Positions 23,978 to 37,500 of a DNA stretch of 64,000 nucleotides are shown here, piece after piece. How positions within the stretch are numbered: position 1 is the first letter of the stretch; each line of letters starts with the position of its first letter. Under the pieces are notes generated by a model that saw only the letters and a list, made by a program, of their open reading frames with translations, did not search any database and was not told where the DNA came from. Source of the DNA: Takakia lepidozioides (Eukaryota; Plantae; Bryophyta); assembly GCA_030704615.1 (NCBI GenBank), contig CM060732.1:12958001-13022000 (forward strand), read 5' to 3'. The position numbers and the translations under genes are program-made.

Positions 23978-26353
23978 GTGACTGAAGAAATTGAAAGACT
24001 TTTGCAAGGTCCCACAGAGGGAGCGTACCCGACAATATTGGCACGTGTAAAATGATTTGCTTCATTGCAGGGGCAGTCAGGATGGGTAGGTATACTTCTT
24101 TCTCTTCTTCTTCTGCTTCTACACTGAACCCTGGATATTTAATAAGTGTTAACCCTCTCTATTGGTTAGTTTTTTTTTTCTACACCCTCAAATCCTATAA
24201 AAGCCAATGTGTTAAAAAGTTGAGGTAGTAAAAAGAAACTAACTAATTTGTTAAGATCAAAATTCAAATCTTAATGTGATAAATGTTGACTAACCCGACT
24301 AGTATTATAAACATGCGGCCATGAAGTGACACCGACCACCTGCTGTCACAGTGGATGGACATCTACCAACCATTTGCATCAATGGGCCTTTCAATTACAG
24401 GCCTTTAGCTAAGAATGCAGTACCTGTGGTATCAATATAGTAAGCTTGCAAGATAGTTTGTTTTGTTTGTCACGTTGAGATCTCTCAAACCGCAAGGTCT
24501 CCGCCCCGATTCTTAATACCGCTGAAAAGCCCTCTATGAGTAGGGGTTACAAAAAAAGAAGCTTTGCATAATATTCAATCTTTCTTACAACAACAACCCT
24601 CAGTTTCAGCTTAATGCCTAAAGTATATTTCTATATTTTCCCTTGCAAACCTTGATATGTGCATAGTGTGCGTTTCTTTCTGTAGATGTCCCTGTGAATC
24701 TGCTTATTTTCATTTAGGTCACCCTCCTATCTGTTAAAATGCTACTTCATAATAGTTAGTTTTTCTTTACGAGTCCCGACTCCCTAGGGCAGGGTTCACT
24801 GTAGTTACGCCAAAGCACCATTTATGTTTTGCACCATCCCTTGCACGAGCGCGACCTCACCTTTCTGTCTTTGTGACGGACATCATCACTCTCCTCGGCC
24901 CTCGGGATGGCAAGCGTCCAACCATTCTTTTATGATCTCTTATGAAGGGCCGTAAGAGTATATCCTTCAAGAGATTCTAAACATAAACTTAAGTTAGAGC
25001 AATCCTTCTCATTCTCATATTGAATTTGTTTCTACCCTTCAGGTTGGATCAACGAATTCTCCATCTCCATCATGTAAACTGAACATGGCGTATACAGCCG
25101 ACAACTGCTTTTGCACATTGCAAACTTGGCTGCAACTTTCTGCCTGCCATCACCCACATTTTTATTATTTTACTTAAGAATCAACACACGTGGTTTACTA
25201 GCCTGTGATCTTGCCGAAGTCATGCAGATTCAGCTAAGGTAATCTCGCCACCACAGCAAGAAAAACTTCCAGACAGTAAGTAACACCCCCTGTCTGGATC
25301 ACAATGATTGGCGGAGGCAGCGCTCTGAAACTTACTATGCGCACTAGACTATTCTATTATAAAGTTGGATCAGAGCAGATGCAGTAGGTAATAATACAAC
25401 AACAGAGTCGGCGGCCAGACTCCCAACTTATGTGCACTGCAAGGGCAACATTGCGCAAAGTTATGCGCGAGATACTGGGAGATTTGTGATGCATTGGGAG
25501 TAGAGCCGGAGTTAAAACGCACAGCAGTCCTGTGTACTTTGTTGTCACGCACTGCGACGTGGGCTGCTGTGTATTTCTTTATTGTTTTCTGTGTGTGTGT
25601 GTCTGTCTCTCCTCCCTCCGTACTGAAACCAAAGTCAACATTTGGGCTCCCTGCTGGTGCCCAATTGCTAATCGTGTGCTAATCGACTCGCTAATAATCA
25701 TGCATCAATGCTTGGCTGGTGGGTGGATGGTCTCATTTGTCGTGTATCATGTGAGTATCTGTGAAGAAAGATGGAAAGGGCTGGAAACAGTGTTTTGGGT
25801 GCACTGTGCAGCAGGGCATAATGGAAGCACGGAGTTGGCGGAGGGGGCGACTCGGGCACGGGTGACCGTGCAGAGGCAGAGCACGAGGGAGTTGCCAGGT
25901 GAGCTTGAGGCATGGTGGGTCCTGCTCCCCCCATCTTTTGGGCGATTGCAATCTTGCCTGTCTGAGGGCGATGCCGTCGGAGTGGGAGGATGTTGCTGTT
26001 TATGAGGTTGGTGTTTGTTGTATTGGAGGGAGAGGGAGGGGCTATATCAAGGGAGGGGAAGCAGACCCGGATTATACACTTGGGCTAGTCCTGTGATATT
26101 CTGCACATCGCTGAGCAAGTTCAGTAGACGTTGATTCGAGCGGACCCATCTGCAGAGTTCAGAGCTCGGCAGTCGAAGTCTGTGATGATCTGGTTTCCTA
26201 TTTGAAGAAAAGGGCCCGCATCCTGTTCACCTGAAGGAGAGGACTGAAGTTTGGAAACTCGAGTAGGAAGGGAGAGGGAGAGCGGGGAGGGAGAGAGGGG
26301 AGGGAGATAATGCATGTAGCGCACACGGCTACCTGCAAACCGTCGAGATTACC

Positions 26354-29300
26354 ATGGTTTCTGGTGCACAAGGGGAGGTGGAGTTCCAGAAGGTAAATTC
26401 GGTCGCGAGGACCACGTTCAGTGACCAGTTACACGGTGATGCAGAGGCCGGCGATGGCCATCACGAGGAGAGTTTCAAGTCCGGAGCAATCACAGCATCA
26501 AAAGAGACTGTCCATCTCGTTGGGAAAGGTGAAGCTGCTGTCCCCCCCATGGCTTGCAGTTACTGCTGTACCAGCGCTAAAGCGCGTTCATTACTTTCAC
26601 AGAGAGGAGCTCGAGACCTCCGAAACGCTCAAGCGCGATTTTTTCTATCGAAGGACTTCTGCACGCAAGCAGAGAGAGAGAGAGAGAGAGGGGGGGGGGG
26701 GGGGAGAATTTTGTTATCTATGCATACGTACTCCATGAGACGAATTCTTGAGCATGAATTTCCTGAGTGGGTACTGAACATTGGGGGAAATCACCAAAAC
26801 AGTATTGAAGTGTGGAAGACTTTGATGTGATGCTAGAAATATGTGAAATGGTCCTCATTGTCCCAGATATTGTTGACGTGACCAGTGCTAAAAGTGACGC
26901 TTTGACATCAATGCAGTTTTCTCCAGTGCCACAGTTTGCACTTTGTAGACAACCTTAAGGGATAGCCCGTCCAGTAGGATTCAAAAGTGGGAAAGATACT
27001 GAGGACGGTCAACGGGATATTTATGCGTGCTAAGTTAGTTGGATAACATGTGGAAGGCACACTGAGTATATGCCAAGGCTGTCCCGAGGACGTTGTGCAA
27101 TCCCAAGCAGCTATGATAAACGCGTGAGGGCATCATGTGGCAGTCAGCTTATTGAAATCTACTTTGTGACTGCAGATACGTGGTGGGAGGTGGGATTTCA
27201 CTTGGTGACAGCCATCAACAATGCATTTATACTGGGCTACCCTGCCCTTATAATGGCGTATCTGGGATGGATAGCTGGGCCTATTTGTCTGATTGGGGGC
27301 GGGATTATTTCCCTCTACAATAACTTCTTGCTGGGTAGTCTCCATGAGACTGGAGGCAAGCGCCACATTCGTCTCCGTGACCTTACAGGCCATATTTATG
27401 GTAGGTTCATTCTAATCCTCATGACACATCTCAGACCTTACCATTGACAGATTTCATGCTTGCAAATAAAGCAGCAGGAACCCTTCTATCTGAAAGCCTC
27501 CTTTTAAGAAGTGTCAGCTTTCAGCACTGTTTCTAGATATCAGTAGGACAGGAGGACTTCGCAGAATTTGCAGTTCCGAGGGATGTAAAGAACCACGAAG
27601 ACAGCCAATGGGTGGAATTATCTTTGGTGTTGCTCAACTCTAGATTCAATTGACCTGAATAAATAGAACTACATTGCATCTCGACAACATGATTACTTTG
27701 CAAACTTAGTTACACCAAACTGAATACAAAACCACCAGCGCAGGTCCTGCAGTGTACAAATTGACGTGGGTTCTACAGTACGGGTATTTGAGTATCGGCA
27801 ACATTGGGGTCATCATCCTGTCTGGTCAAGCCCTTAAGGTACTAAACCCTCTCTCTTTCTCTGTCTCTGTCTCTGTCTCTTTTCTGTTTGTCCGTGTCAC
27901 GGAAATTGCAAAATTTATTTCTCGGAGTTTGTTCTTTCTCTCTCAGCATCCCAATTTCCTGTAACAGGATTGATCTTGACTATGGATAAGGTGAGAGAAG
28001 CTCCCTCCCTGTCGGATAAAGAGAATGAAGAGAGAACAGAACCCTCATGGACGACCACACCAGACCTTTGAATTGGCGTGTGAAAGATATACGTAATTGT
28101 TTTGGATGTTGACATGTATCTCCGCCTACAAGAAAGTCGATTTGGTTCTGGTTCATCACATGAACAAGAATCCCTATTTGACAACTGGTACGGACCCGCC
28201 TTGGGAATACACATCCTCAGTAACATTACAATAGGATTTCCACTGGTATGTTGCTTTTTCATATAGATGTATGATGCCTACAGGACAGACTGCAAACACT
28301 TTAAAGTACACCAGGCACTGCTGTACTTTGACATACCAGGTGTCAGACAACGTCACCACACAAACAGTCTCTCAGCACTGTGATCTGCAGCGAATCTTTG
28401 GGGAATAGTGGGGTGAATGGGTGCTGGGAATTGCTGTCAGGGAGGTTAGCCCAATGACGTTACTCAAACCTGGTCCTTTGATTTAATCTCTAACTTGTAC
28501 AGATGAAGTACGGAAGATAATGCGGGGCTCATATGTTGGAATGTTGGTATTTGGGATGCTTGAATGTGCAGGCAATCTGGATGACATTTAGAGATGATAT
28601 GCCAATCAAGTTGTCTACATGGATTGTCATAGCCGGTGCCAGCTTCGGCATTTTTGCTTTTGTGGTGCCTCATTTGCACGCATTGCGATTCTTCTCCGGC
28701 TTTTCACTCATCCTCTCTCTCATCTACACTTCCATCGTTATTGCTATTTCAATCTCTGATGGTATGAACCTCTATCTCTCTCTTTCTGAATCATGTTTTT
28801 GGGGTTGTTTTTGGGGTGCTTGTTGAGGGCCCAACTTCTCTATTGAATCCTGTTATTTTTTTGTCCCATAAGCTATGGAAGCTATTTGAGCTTCCCATGG
28901 GCAGTAGAAAGTTTCTTTCGTTCCTTTCACTTTACTGCCAATCTGTAACATAGTTGGATATAAGTATTTGGTATATCTGGTAACTGGGTGGATATATCTG
29001 TCATGTAATCTCGTAGCGAAACCTCGCTATCTAAAGCGGATCACACATGAAAAGCTCCACAGTTCTCTGAGAACAAAAACAGAAGTAGAAAGTCATCTGA
29101 GGTGGCAGTGACACAGTAATGTTGGGGGCATGCACAACCGTGCAGCATATGGTAATAGAGGCCTAGGGCTTGAATTTTAATCCAGGAAATCAAAAGGGGG
29201 AAGTTTGGAGCTGATCTTAGAGATTAAGTGGAGATGCACTCAATTCTTGTGAATGCGGGCTATGATGTACGCTCTTCTGTGGAAGTCCATGGGTTTAGTA

Positions 29301-30967
29301 GGTGAGAAGTATACCGAGTATACGACATACCGAGCAGTTGACTCTGGGGTTTTGATCTAGTAGCAAATAAAAGTTTTAACCATTCCTGTATCCCTCTCGC
29401 ATCGCATCCAGAAATAAAGGTTGCAGGGGTGATGGATGTCGAATGCAGATCATACTAGAGCACTGTTAATATCTCCCTGTCCGCTTTGATGTACATTGGA
29501 GACACTGTCAAAAATGCTGAGGGGTGTGGATCGGAGGAGAGACCGAGAGAGCAAGAGCTAGGAGCAGTAACCAACTTGATTGTGCCCAGGAAGATGCTGA
29601 AGGTGTGTTTGTTCCTCTAAAGCACAGGTCTGAAAGCCAAGACACCTCGGGACTATTCATTACGGGGTACCAAAACCGATCAGACTTTCAATGCAATTGG
29701 AGCTTTGGCAACCATTGCATTTGCATTCAATACTGGCATTCTCCCTGAGATGCAGGTGCCCGCCTAATTTGGTCTTAAGTAGTTTTCCTGTCTGCAATTT
29801 GAATGTCAGTATTACAATAGAGGAAATGTTAAGAGTAGGGTGGGTGACTGAGGGCTAGAAGGCAGCCATACAGCAGCACAAGCATTACAAATAGTTATAA
29901 GAGCTCTGAGATGAAGGCTAGATTTAAACTTTCTGTTACTGTTTTGAATGGCAGGCAACAGTGAAGCAGCCTTCAATCAAAAACATGTACAAATCACTGG
30001 TTATGCAGTTCACACTCGGGGCCTTACCATTTATTGTGCTCACATTTGTGGGTTACTGGGCCTATGGAAACACTGCAGCTCCGTACCTAATCACCTCTCT
30101 TTCTGGCCCCAAGTCATGGGTCACAATTGCAAATGCTGCTGCCATCTTGCAAGCCATCGTCTCCCTTCATGTGAGTGCAAATCTACTTTTGATCCAAAGA
30201 TACTGCTGTCATATATTCAGAGTCTAGTACAGTTTCTCCAAGACTTGAATCATGTCTTTGCAATGATAGCATGTGTCAACAATCAGTAGGTCTTCATCTG
30301 ACCCCCTTTTCTTGCTTGCATGCAGATCTATGCGACACCCATGTATGAAATGATGGATACACATTTTGCAAGAGAAAACAAGGGTGACTGGTCAGCGCAC
30401 AACATGATGGTTCGCTTCATCACTCGCGGAACCTACATCAGTCTAAGCACTTTCTTTGGGGCGCTCCTTCCCTTCTTTGGGGACTTTGTTTCCCTCACTG
30501 GAGCTCTGGCGGCCTTCCCATTGGAATCTGGACTGGTCCACCATATGTACCTTAAGGTATTTGACAAACAACATTTTTAGTGTGTGTCTTGTCTTCCACT
30601 CCATTTTCTTCGGTATGTCTCATGATATTTCTGTATGGAAGAAAGGAGAAAGATATGAGTTTATCCAGGCACTTCAAAGAGCATGGAGATGCAGGCATGG
30701 CCCACAAGCCTCCTTCTCCACCTCCCCTTCTTCTCTTCTGCATCGGGGAGGGCAACACTGAGGAAAAACTTCTTTCTATCCTATGCACGGCAAGAACTAA
30801 CACACTGGTAATGGCAGGTGAAAGGCAAGGACTTCAGATGGCAACGAAAAACATGGCATTGGTTCATCATTGTATTATCAGCGATCTTGACTGTGATCAC
30901 TGCAATTGCAGCTGTCAGATACATTGTCACTGATTCCATCAACTACCATGCCTTTGCCAATATTTAG
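26354..30967 (+). CDS. ProT: Proline/compatible-solute transporter (AAAP family, ProT), about 469 aa. Exons 26354-26528, 27176-27400, 27744-27838, 28572-28761, 29628-29755, 29955-30170, 30326-30556, 30818-30967
   Basis: All introns are GT-AG with consistent phases (1410 nt in total). Motifs DTWWEVGFHLVTAINNAFILGY, GGKRHIRLRDL, AFAFNTGILPEMQATVKQP, LLPFFGDFVSL and the C-terminal YHAFANI are characteristic of ProT. Confidence 0.9.
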
Positions 30968-32455
30968 GCAGTCCAAGATTCCTATTCGAAATCTCGCCAT
31001 TGCATCAACAAACATGTAGAATACAAAAACAGCCCTTCTCAGGGTTTTAAAGTTCAAAGTTTCGAAAAAGATGAGAAGACTTTGTCCGCACACGCTTCTT
31101 TAGGAGGGTAGACTCTGGAGAAAATACATTATTTTAACTACTTTGAATCAAAGAGCTTTAAAGTTTGTTTAGGATGCTTCAAGTTGCATGTACATTGCTA
31201 TGTAGACCTGAAGGGGATCTGAAGTAGGCCAGGTGAGAATCTACTGATGTACATGAAATTCAATTTCAAGATTCAATGAAGTCAGGTGAACAAGTATCAG
31301 CTGAATACTGGATAAATACTCTTCAAACATACGAATTTTTGTCTGACACAGCCAGCTGAGCCCATCTCAGCTCTTATCATACCTGCCACACCAATGAAAG
31401 GGTGCCTCCAAAAGTTTTGCATCACATAGAACGAAAAAATTGTGTTCTGTGTGTTGCATTACCCCTAACAGATATATGAAACAATGTTTCATCACACTCC
31501 TCAACACCAAACTCCCAAAAACTGTGCAGAGAAAAGTTTTAGGAGAGCCTGAGCAAATTACACACTCATGAACTTCCTATAATATGTAGGAGAAAAACTT
31601 GCATCCACACTAGCCATATATGGCCCCTCCAAAATCCAACTCAAGACTAAGGAGTGGACAACCTCACACCAAAACATGCAGTAGAGACCAACTCTTGAAA
31701 TGGCATCAACACCCTCCCACTCCCACACGATTAGCCAGCTGTAGGGAAACATACCAAAAGACAGGTGAAGGGAGGGAGTGGAACAGTGAGGCAGCAGACT
31801 TTCTCCTAGGAGCTGCTGATATATTAGTGTGTGTGATAAAAGCGTGTCAATGAGGAGGCAAACAAATTGACAGGATGCAGGTGTCTACAGTGAAGCTGCC
31901 AGAATGCCTGCAATCATTGCTTCCTTAAGCCATCCCATCATATTTCCTCCTCTGGCAGTCTCTGCCCTGCAACTACACACTCTCTGTAATGTTTCCTGTG
32001 TCTCTTTCTGTGCCCTCTCCTCCAAATTCCAAGTGACTGAACCAATTGCTTTTTTTGTTTCGTTGTGTTGTGGGGTGGAAGAGGGGGGAGGGGGAGAAAC
32101 AGCCACCACCAAGGTTTACAAACCAAAAAGCTTAACAAAAACCAAGGCAAGCAACATATGTCTGCGTCTCTCGACCCCAAAAAATCACACTACTTCGCCT
32201 TCCCTCCACCATGTGTCTCTTTTATGAGAGGATAAGCTCTGCCCGATCCTGAATGTATTCTAGGCACAATTCGAGACGTTCTAATTGCGGAACCGCATGG
32301 CCCCTTTCACTTTCCTCCTTGAGTTCTCACCCCGTGCCATAAGCTTGGCAACACAGAAACCCTTTCAGAAGACCAAGAGTTAACAGTTCTACTCCTTGGC
32401 GACCAAGGCAACATCATCAGAATGCTAAACGTTGACCAGACCCTCAACCAAAGCC

Positions 32456-32899
32456 CTAACCCACTTTTCTCATCAGCAGATAAACGCGCTGATCAAGCTG
32501 CAAGCTACTTAAATTGTTGGGATCCCCTTTGAGTAACATCAGAAGCCCACCAAAAGACACATACACTTCCACCTTCACAGTCCCGCTCGCCTCCGTGTCC
32601 GCATACTTGTAGAGTTTTCCATACATCACGTACTCGTACTTGTCGGCCAGCGACTTGCCTCCGCTCTGGTCGAAGACGGCATCATCAGGTGTTCCATCCA
32701 GGCTGAGGGTGGATGCTAATGCCATCGTGAACTTATCATGTATGGAGAGGGGGTAGATGTCGGTGTTCACGTCCAGCAACATGTCCATGTCGAACTGCTC
32801 ACTGTGGGCAACGATCCTCGATACCTTGTCAAACTTTCTGCCATCCGGATCCATCCCTGTGATTGAGAAGATGTCCTCAAACAGCAGTGCGTCCGCCAT
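32456..32899 (-). CDS. NRPB8: DNA-directed RNA polymerase shared subunit RPB8 (RPABC3), 147 aa, single coding exon
   Basis: LFEDIF...DPDGRKFDKVSR, LDVNTDIYP, SLADKYEYVMYGK and YVSFGGLLMLLKG are hallmark motifs. Confidence 0.97.
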   Translation of the reverse strand: MADALLFEDIFSITGMDPDGRKFDKVSRIVAHSEQFDMDMLLDVNTDIYPLSIHDKFTMALASTLSLDGTPDDAVFDQSGGKSLADKYEYVMYGKLYKYADTEASGTVKVEVYVSFGGLLMLLKGDPNNLSSLQLDQRVYLLMRKVG

Positions 32900-34443
32900 T
32901 GCTTTCTGCGAAAATTCTGTTCTCTCTCAGTATGCAACCCCACTTTCCCAAGGTTGAGGAAGGGCCTCTGGATGCCTCCTTTAATTTTTTCCTCTTTTTC
33001 TTTTTGTTCCCTCTTTTCTTTTTGAGTTATTTACACTTGAGTTGGGCAGCTGGATGGGTGATTCCTCTATCATGCATTTTGTTTGCTATGGTTGTACACC
33101 CTCACTTTGCTGCATCCCTTCCTGTGCTGATAAACAACACGAAACACTTTGCAGAGAGCAACCTGCACATGAACCTGCCACACCCGCCCTAACTCCACTG
33201 TTGCTACCCCACATTCTGTCCTAACATCAGTTCCATTGAGGAAAATTAGGCAGGGTTATCAGATTCTGCGACGTCCTCATATAATATATTGTTCTCTCAA
33301 TCATGGCCTGCTCATGTGAGCCCCACTGATTGCATGCTATGAACAAACTTTTCTGGGGAAACACTCCTTGAGCAGGACAAAACTCGACAATCCAAGCAAA
33401 GATCACAACCATGACAAGCGAAGGGCCCACCAGTCCACGAAGTACATTAGCCAGAGACTAACTAGGGAAGAGTGGGCAACTCAACCTTTTTCCGAGAAAA
33501 CCCATCATTTGTAAGTGGAATCTTTGCAGCTAAGCTTTAATAAAACTCATCTGCAGTGTTTGCCTGGGCTCTTGTTCTTGCCCAGCGCACTTAGCATTTG
33601 ATGCAAGTGATGGATGCCTGGTTTTTCTTGGGTTGGGTGAAATAGGTGTTTTAGGTACATACGTGCATTTGTTTTTCCTACTTTGTTTTCGAGATGTCAC
33701 TTTTGATACCTCTTTTGTCTGGGCGAGCTGGCAAATGGAGGAGAGCAGGCATCACCAAATGCATGACCGATCCCAGCCTTGGTTTTCTCAAATTTCCACC
33801 GAAGAAGTTGGGATGGTGTAAGCCTACACATAGTTTTACCCCCCTTGCAATGACAAATGAGCTTCCTCATTTTTCCGGATGTTGGGTACAGTGGGAATCC
33901 CGGAGAAGGACACACTGTCCGACACATACATGTGAGTGCGAAGATTCAAGTAACAAGTTCGGGACAAAAGAATAGAGCGACAGAGATGGTGGGCGTTATG
34001 GCCGAGTGCAACCATCTTTTGTCGCCCTTTGCGACCTCCATCCACCACTCGTTCCCTCCCTCACATTTGGCATGGCCACGGGAGAGGTTCCGGCCTGCTC
34101 TACATTTGCAAGAGATCTAGCGTAGTACAAGTTTGAGGCATGCGAGGAAGTTGAGTTGCAGCTGTAAGAATTCGTGCTCCAATTGTCACTGTCTTTCTAT
34201 GTTTCCTGTGGGACCGCTGTCTTCCAAGGTTAGCTGCTCAATCCCAACTTTCTGAAGAGAGGGGCGGTATGGGCGCTACGCAGAGGTCTCGCTCTCAGTT
34301 TTCCCCCGGATTTTTCGACTTTTCCAGCATTTTAAGAATTGGAAACTGCAGGGATTCAGTTGGTGGGATGTGATTCTGTGCAGGTAAGCTTGTACAGGGA
34401 ACACCGATCGTATGAGGTACGATCAAGCTGTGGACGTGGCAAA

Positions 34444-37019
34444 ATGACAATTCATTGCTGTGCCTCCGGATCGAAAGCTGTGGAGACAGATCGAGATACC
34501 GATGCAGTTTTACCGGAATCTCCAAAATCAGTGGAACAAGCAGCCGTGGGACCCCGGCGGTTTGCAGTCCTGCTAACAGGACATGCAGCAGAGTACACTG
34601 AGAAAACTTACGGAGGCTACGGTCGCATGTTCGTGAAATTACTGAGTGATCCTGGCGAAGTGTGGGACGAGTTTCCTGTGGTGGAGGGAAAGTTTCCAGC
34701 ACCGGAGGACTTGGACAGGTATGAAGGATATGTGGTCACCGGTAGTCGCCATGATGCGCACGGGAGCTTAGAATGGATAGAGCAGCTGTGCCATCTGCTA
34801 CAAACCCTTCATGAAAACAGGAAACCGGTTCTTGGTGTGTGCTTTGGCCATCAGGTATGCGTGCTATCTATTTCCGAGTCAATTCTATGATGCAACTGGG
34901 ATGATGTGTTGCCTGATCAGCGATAAATAGGCAGTGAAGTTGGCAAGTAAGGTGATGAGGTATGTGTGTATGTTTGGTGGTATGGATGGTGGCTACACAT
35001 TCGCTTAGCAAAAATGTGCAGAAGAGTACCCATTTATTTGATGTCTTTCAGAAGATAAGTGGAGGGCAGGGGTGTTTAGTGCTTGCAGATGACATATCAC
35101 TAAATACCGTGTCATCTGTTCTCTTCATCAAGACATTCCCTATGCAGTCAAGTTCACTTATTCTGCCTGGCAGGTGTAATTTTAAATTTTAAATTGAGGG
35201 GGGAGGTGGCAAGGGATATCCCAAGAGTCTTTGAAACTGGGGCTGACCATATTATGGGATCCTCAATCTATAAAATCTAATGTTCACTAGCGGGTATGGA
35301 TCTTACAGCAGTTTCTGAGGTGAATTGGTTGTGTCCTAAAGATTCCGTTGCAAGAATCTGCAGCAAGACTATTACCATCTGTGTGAAGTGTTTCAGAAGT
35401 GGAGGTCAGGGGTTTTCAGTGCTTGCAGTTGATAATTACATGTGACATTGTCTTTAATCTTCATCAAAGATACCCTATACAATGAAGTTCACTTATTGTG
35501 CCTGCTTAGTGATTTCTCTAAGCATCAATTAAATAGTATTTTAAAGAGTCTTGCTAAGGATACACCTGACTATGATATGGGAACCTTGCTCTACCTCTCA
35601 TCAGGATTGTTGCTAGTGTGTGAAAGTGGAAGTGCCCTCTTTTGCTTGTATCCTAGCAAATTTTGGAGGGAAAGGTTTGTGACTACTCCACTCTCTCTGG
35701 TTCTGGATCTGGATTATTGTGCAGTACTGGAAATCCCAGGCTTGGGGAGTTTTAGTATTCATAGGGAAGGGCACATTGCAGCCTCCGTCCACATAGGATA
35801 GGGATGTCTCCCTTTCTGTTCCACTCTCATGTTCCAAGCACTTGCTCAAACTCTCTTGTTACTGAACTAGGGGTAGGTGGTGTCACTTTGATCTACAGGT
35901 GTTGAGTCGTGCCCTGGGAGGGAAGACAGGGAGGGCATCAGTTGGATGGGAGGTGGGACTGAAGAACGTCACTCTCACTGAGGCAATGCTTTCCAAACCC
36001 TATGGAGCTGGACTGCCTTCCCAAATCAAAATCTTCGAAGTACATCAAGACCAGGTACTGTACTGAGAGGTTCTTTAGTTGAACTTACAGTCCACTTCTA
36101 ATGTGGATACATGAATACATTGTGAGTTGACAAGAATGTCTTTCAGAAATGTGGACCTCTCTGGTGTGGAGGTTTCTAGTTTGCAACCTCTAATAGGTTG
36201 AGAGAAACAAGTAATTGAATGTTCCGGGAAGAGCCAAGATTGACTTCAGTAGTCTTGATTCACAGCAGGTTTTGCTTAGTTTGGGTAGCCAGAAATAACT
36301 TTATGTAGGTGTACCCCACTAGTGGAATTCTTCACCAATAATTATGGCTGCTGTTCTGTTTCCCTTAAACCCCCCACCATGGTTTCCCCATTTCTCTAGA
36401 CCATTTAAATCTGGTCCGTCTTTGAGTATGGAGAGCACTAGACCATGTCCTTCAAGTGGTGGACCATTGGGATCATTTTATTGTTGGTGAACAGGTATCA
36501 GAGATGCCACCAGGAGGGGAGATATTGGCATCATCAGAGCGAACAGGCATCGAAATGTTTGCAGTGGGAGATCATGCCTTAGGTATTCAAGGCCACCCCG
36601 AGTTTTTTGATGATGTTGTGGTGGATCTTCTCGATGGCCGTCTTGCCTCAGGAATTATGAAGGTAGGATTCTTACTCTCAATCTTTTAGCACTTTCAACA
36701 CACTTAACCTGTTGACCATCGATCTTTGACAGGTAGTCCCAAGCCAGTTAACATACTGGTTATCAGTATTCCAAGATTTTGACTTCTGTTTCCTCTCCCC
36801 AGCACTGGCAGATGTTTCCTCCTGTATTTTGATGTGCCCCTTTTCCCATGTCTTTGTAGCACTATCTTTTCCCTCGTCTTGTTTGGCGGAACATTGATGA
36901 GTGCCTGTCTCTGAGATTAGGAGGACGAGATCAAGGAGGCCAAGGCATCAATGAATCAAGCACACGCAGATCAAGAGTTGCTGCAGCGGCTTTGTAAAAC
37001 ATTTCTGAAACAACGCTAG
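34444..37019 (+). CDS. Class I glutamine amidotransferase-like / gamma-glutamyl peptidase (GGP/GAT1-like), about 277 aa. Exons 34444-34854, 35899-36054, 36495-36662, 36921-37019
   Basis: TGSRHDAH, catalytic Cys in LGVCFGHQ, EVHQDQV and His-Glu in GIQGHPEF. Phase-0 GT-AG introns. Start codon uncertain because the frame is open further upstream. Confidence 0.88.
35046..35600 (+). repeat. Diverged ~350-bp tandem duplication inside intron 1 of the GAT gene
   Basis: TTTCAGAAG...GTGGAGG.CAGGGG...AGTGCTTGCAG...CTTCATCAA...AAGTTCACTTATT near 35046 and again near 35390. Confidence 0.7.
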
Positions 37020-37288
37020 AATGTAGCCCTTAAGGACTTTGCATCTCTTTCATCTGATTTCATGTTTTGGGAGAGGGAACTGGAGTGCCTGTGTGAGAGA
37101 GAGAAAGAAAGCAAGAAGGAAGTTTTATAACGTCTACAGAGAGAGAGAGAGACGCACAGAAAGTAACTTTATAACAGCCACAGGGGGAGAGAATTGTCAT
37201 CCTCAACATAATGACAATATTATGCCTCATCAGTGCCAAGTTTAGTTAGCCATTTTACCAAGTGGATGAGAGAGAAAAAGACAGGAAG

Positions 37289-37500
37289 TGTGACTAGGTT
37301 AGTATGCCTAGGTTAGTGGCTAAGCAAGGCTGAAGACAGAAAGCCATAACAGAAGCTGAAGAGACTTATGGCTAAGCAAGAGAAAGTAACAGTCAGAATG
37401 GCAAAGGCCAAGTATTAGGCCTTTGGATAGCAAGGGAATATCAAAAGGTATCTTAGAGCAAGTGGAGACCCGTTTACTATAATAAGACAGGACTGTAACA
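37289..37500 (+). repeat. 5' LTR (212 bp, internally deleted)
   Basis: Matches the 3' LTR except for a 4-bp gap and a gap of about 172 bp. Confidence 0.9.

Noticed and set aside
23850-23990. Possible C/D box snoRNA (TGATGA...CTGA)
   Set aside because: No terminal stem or recognisable rRNA-complementary guide, and it contains a microsatellite.
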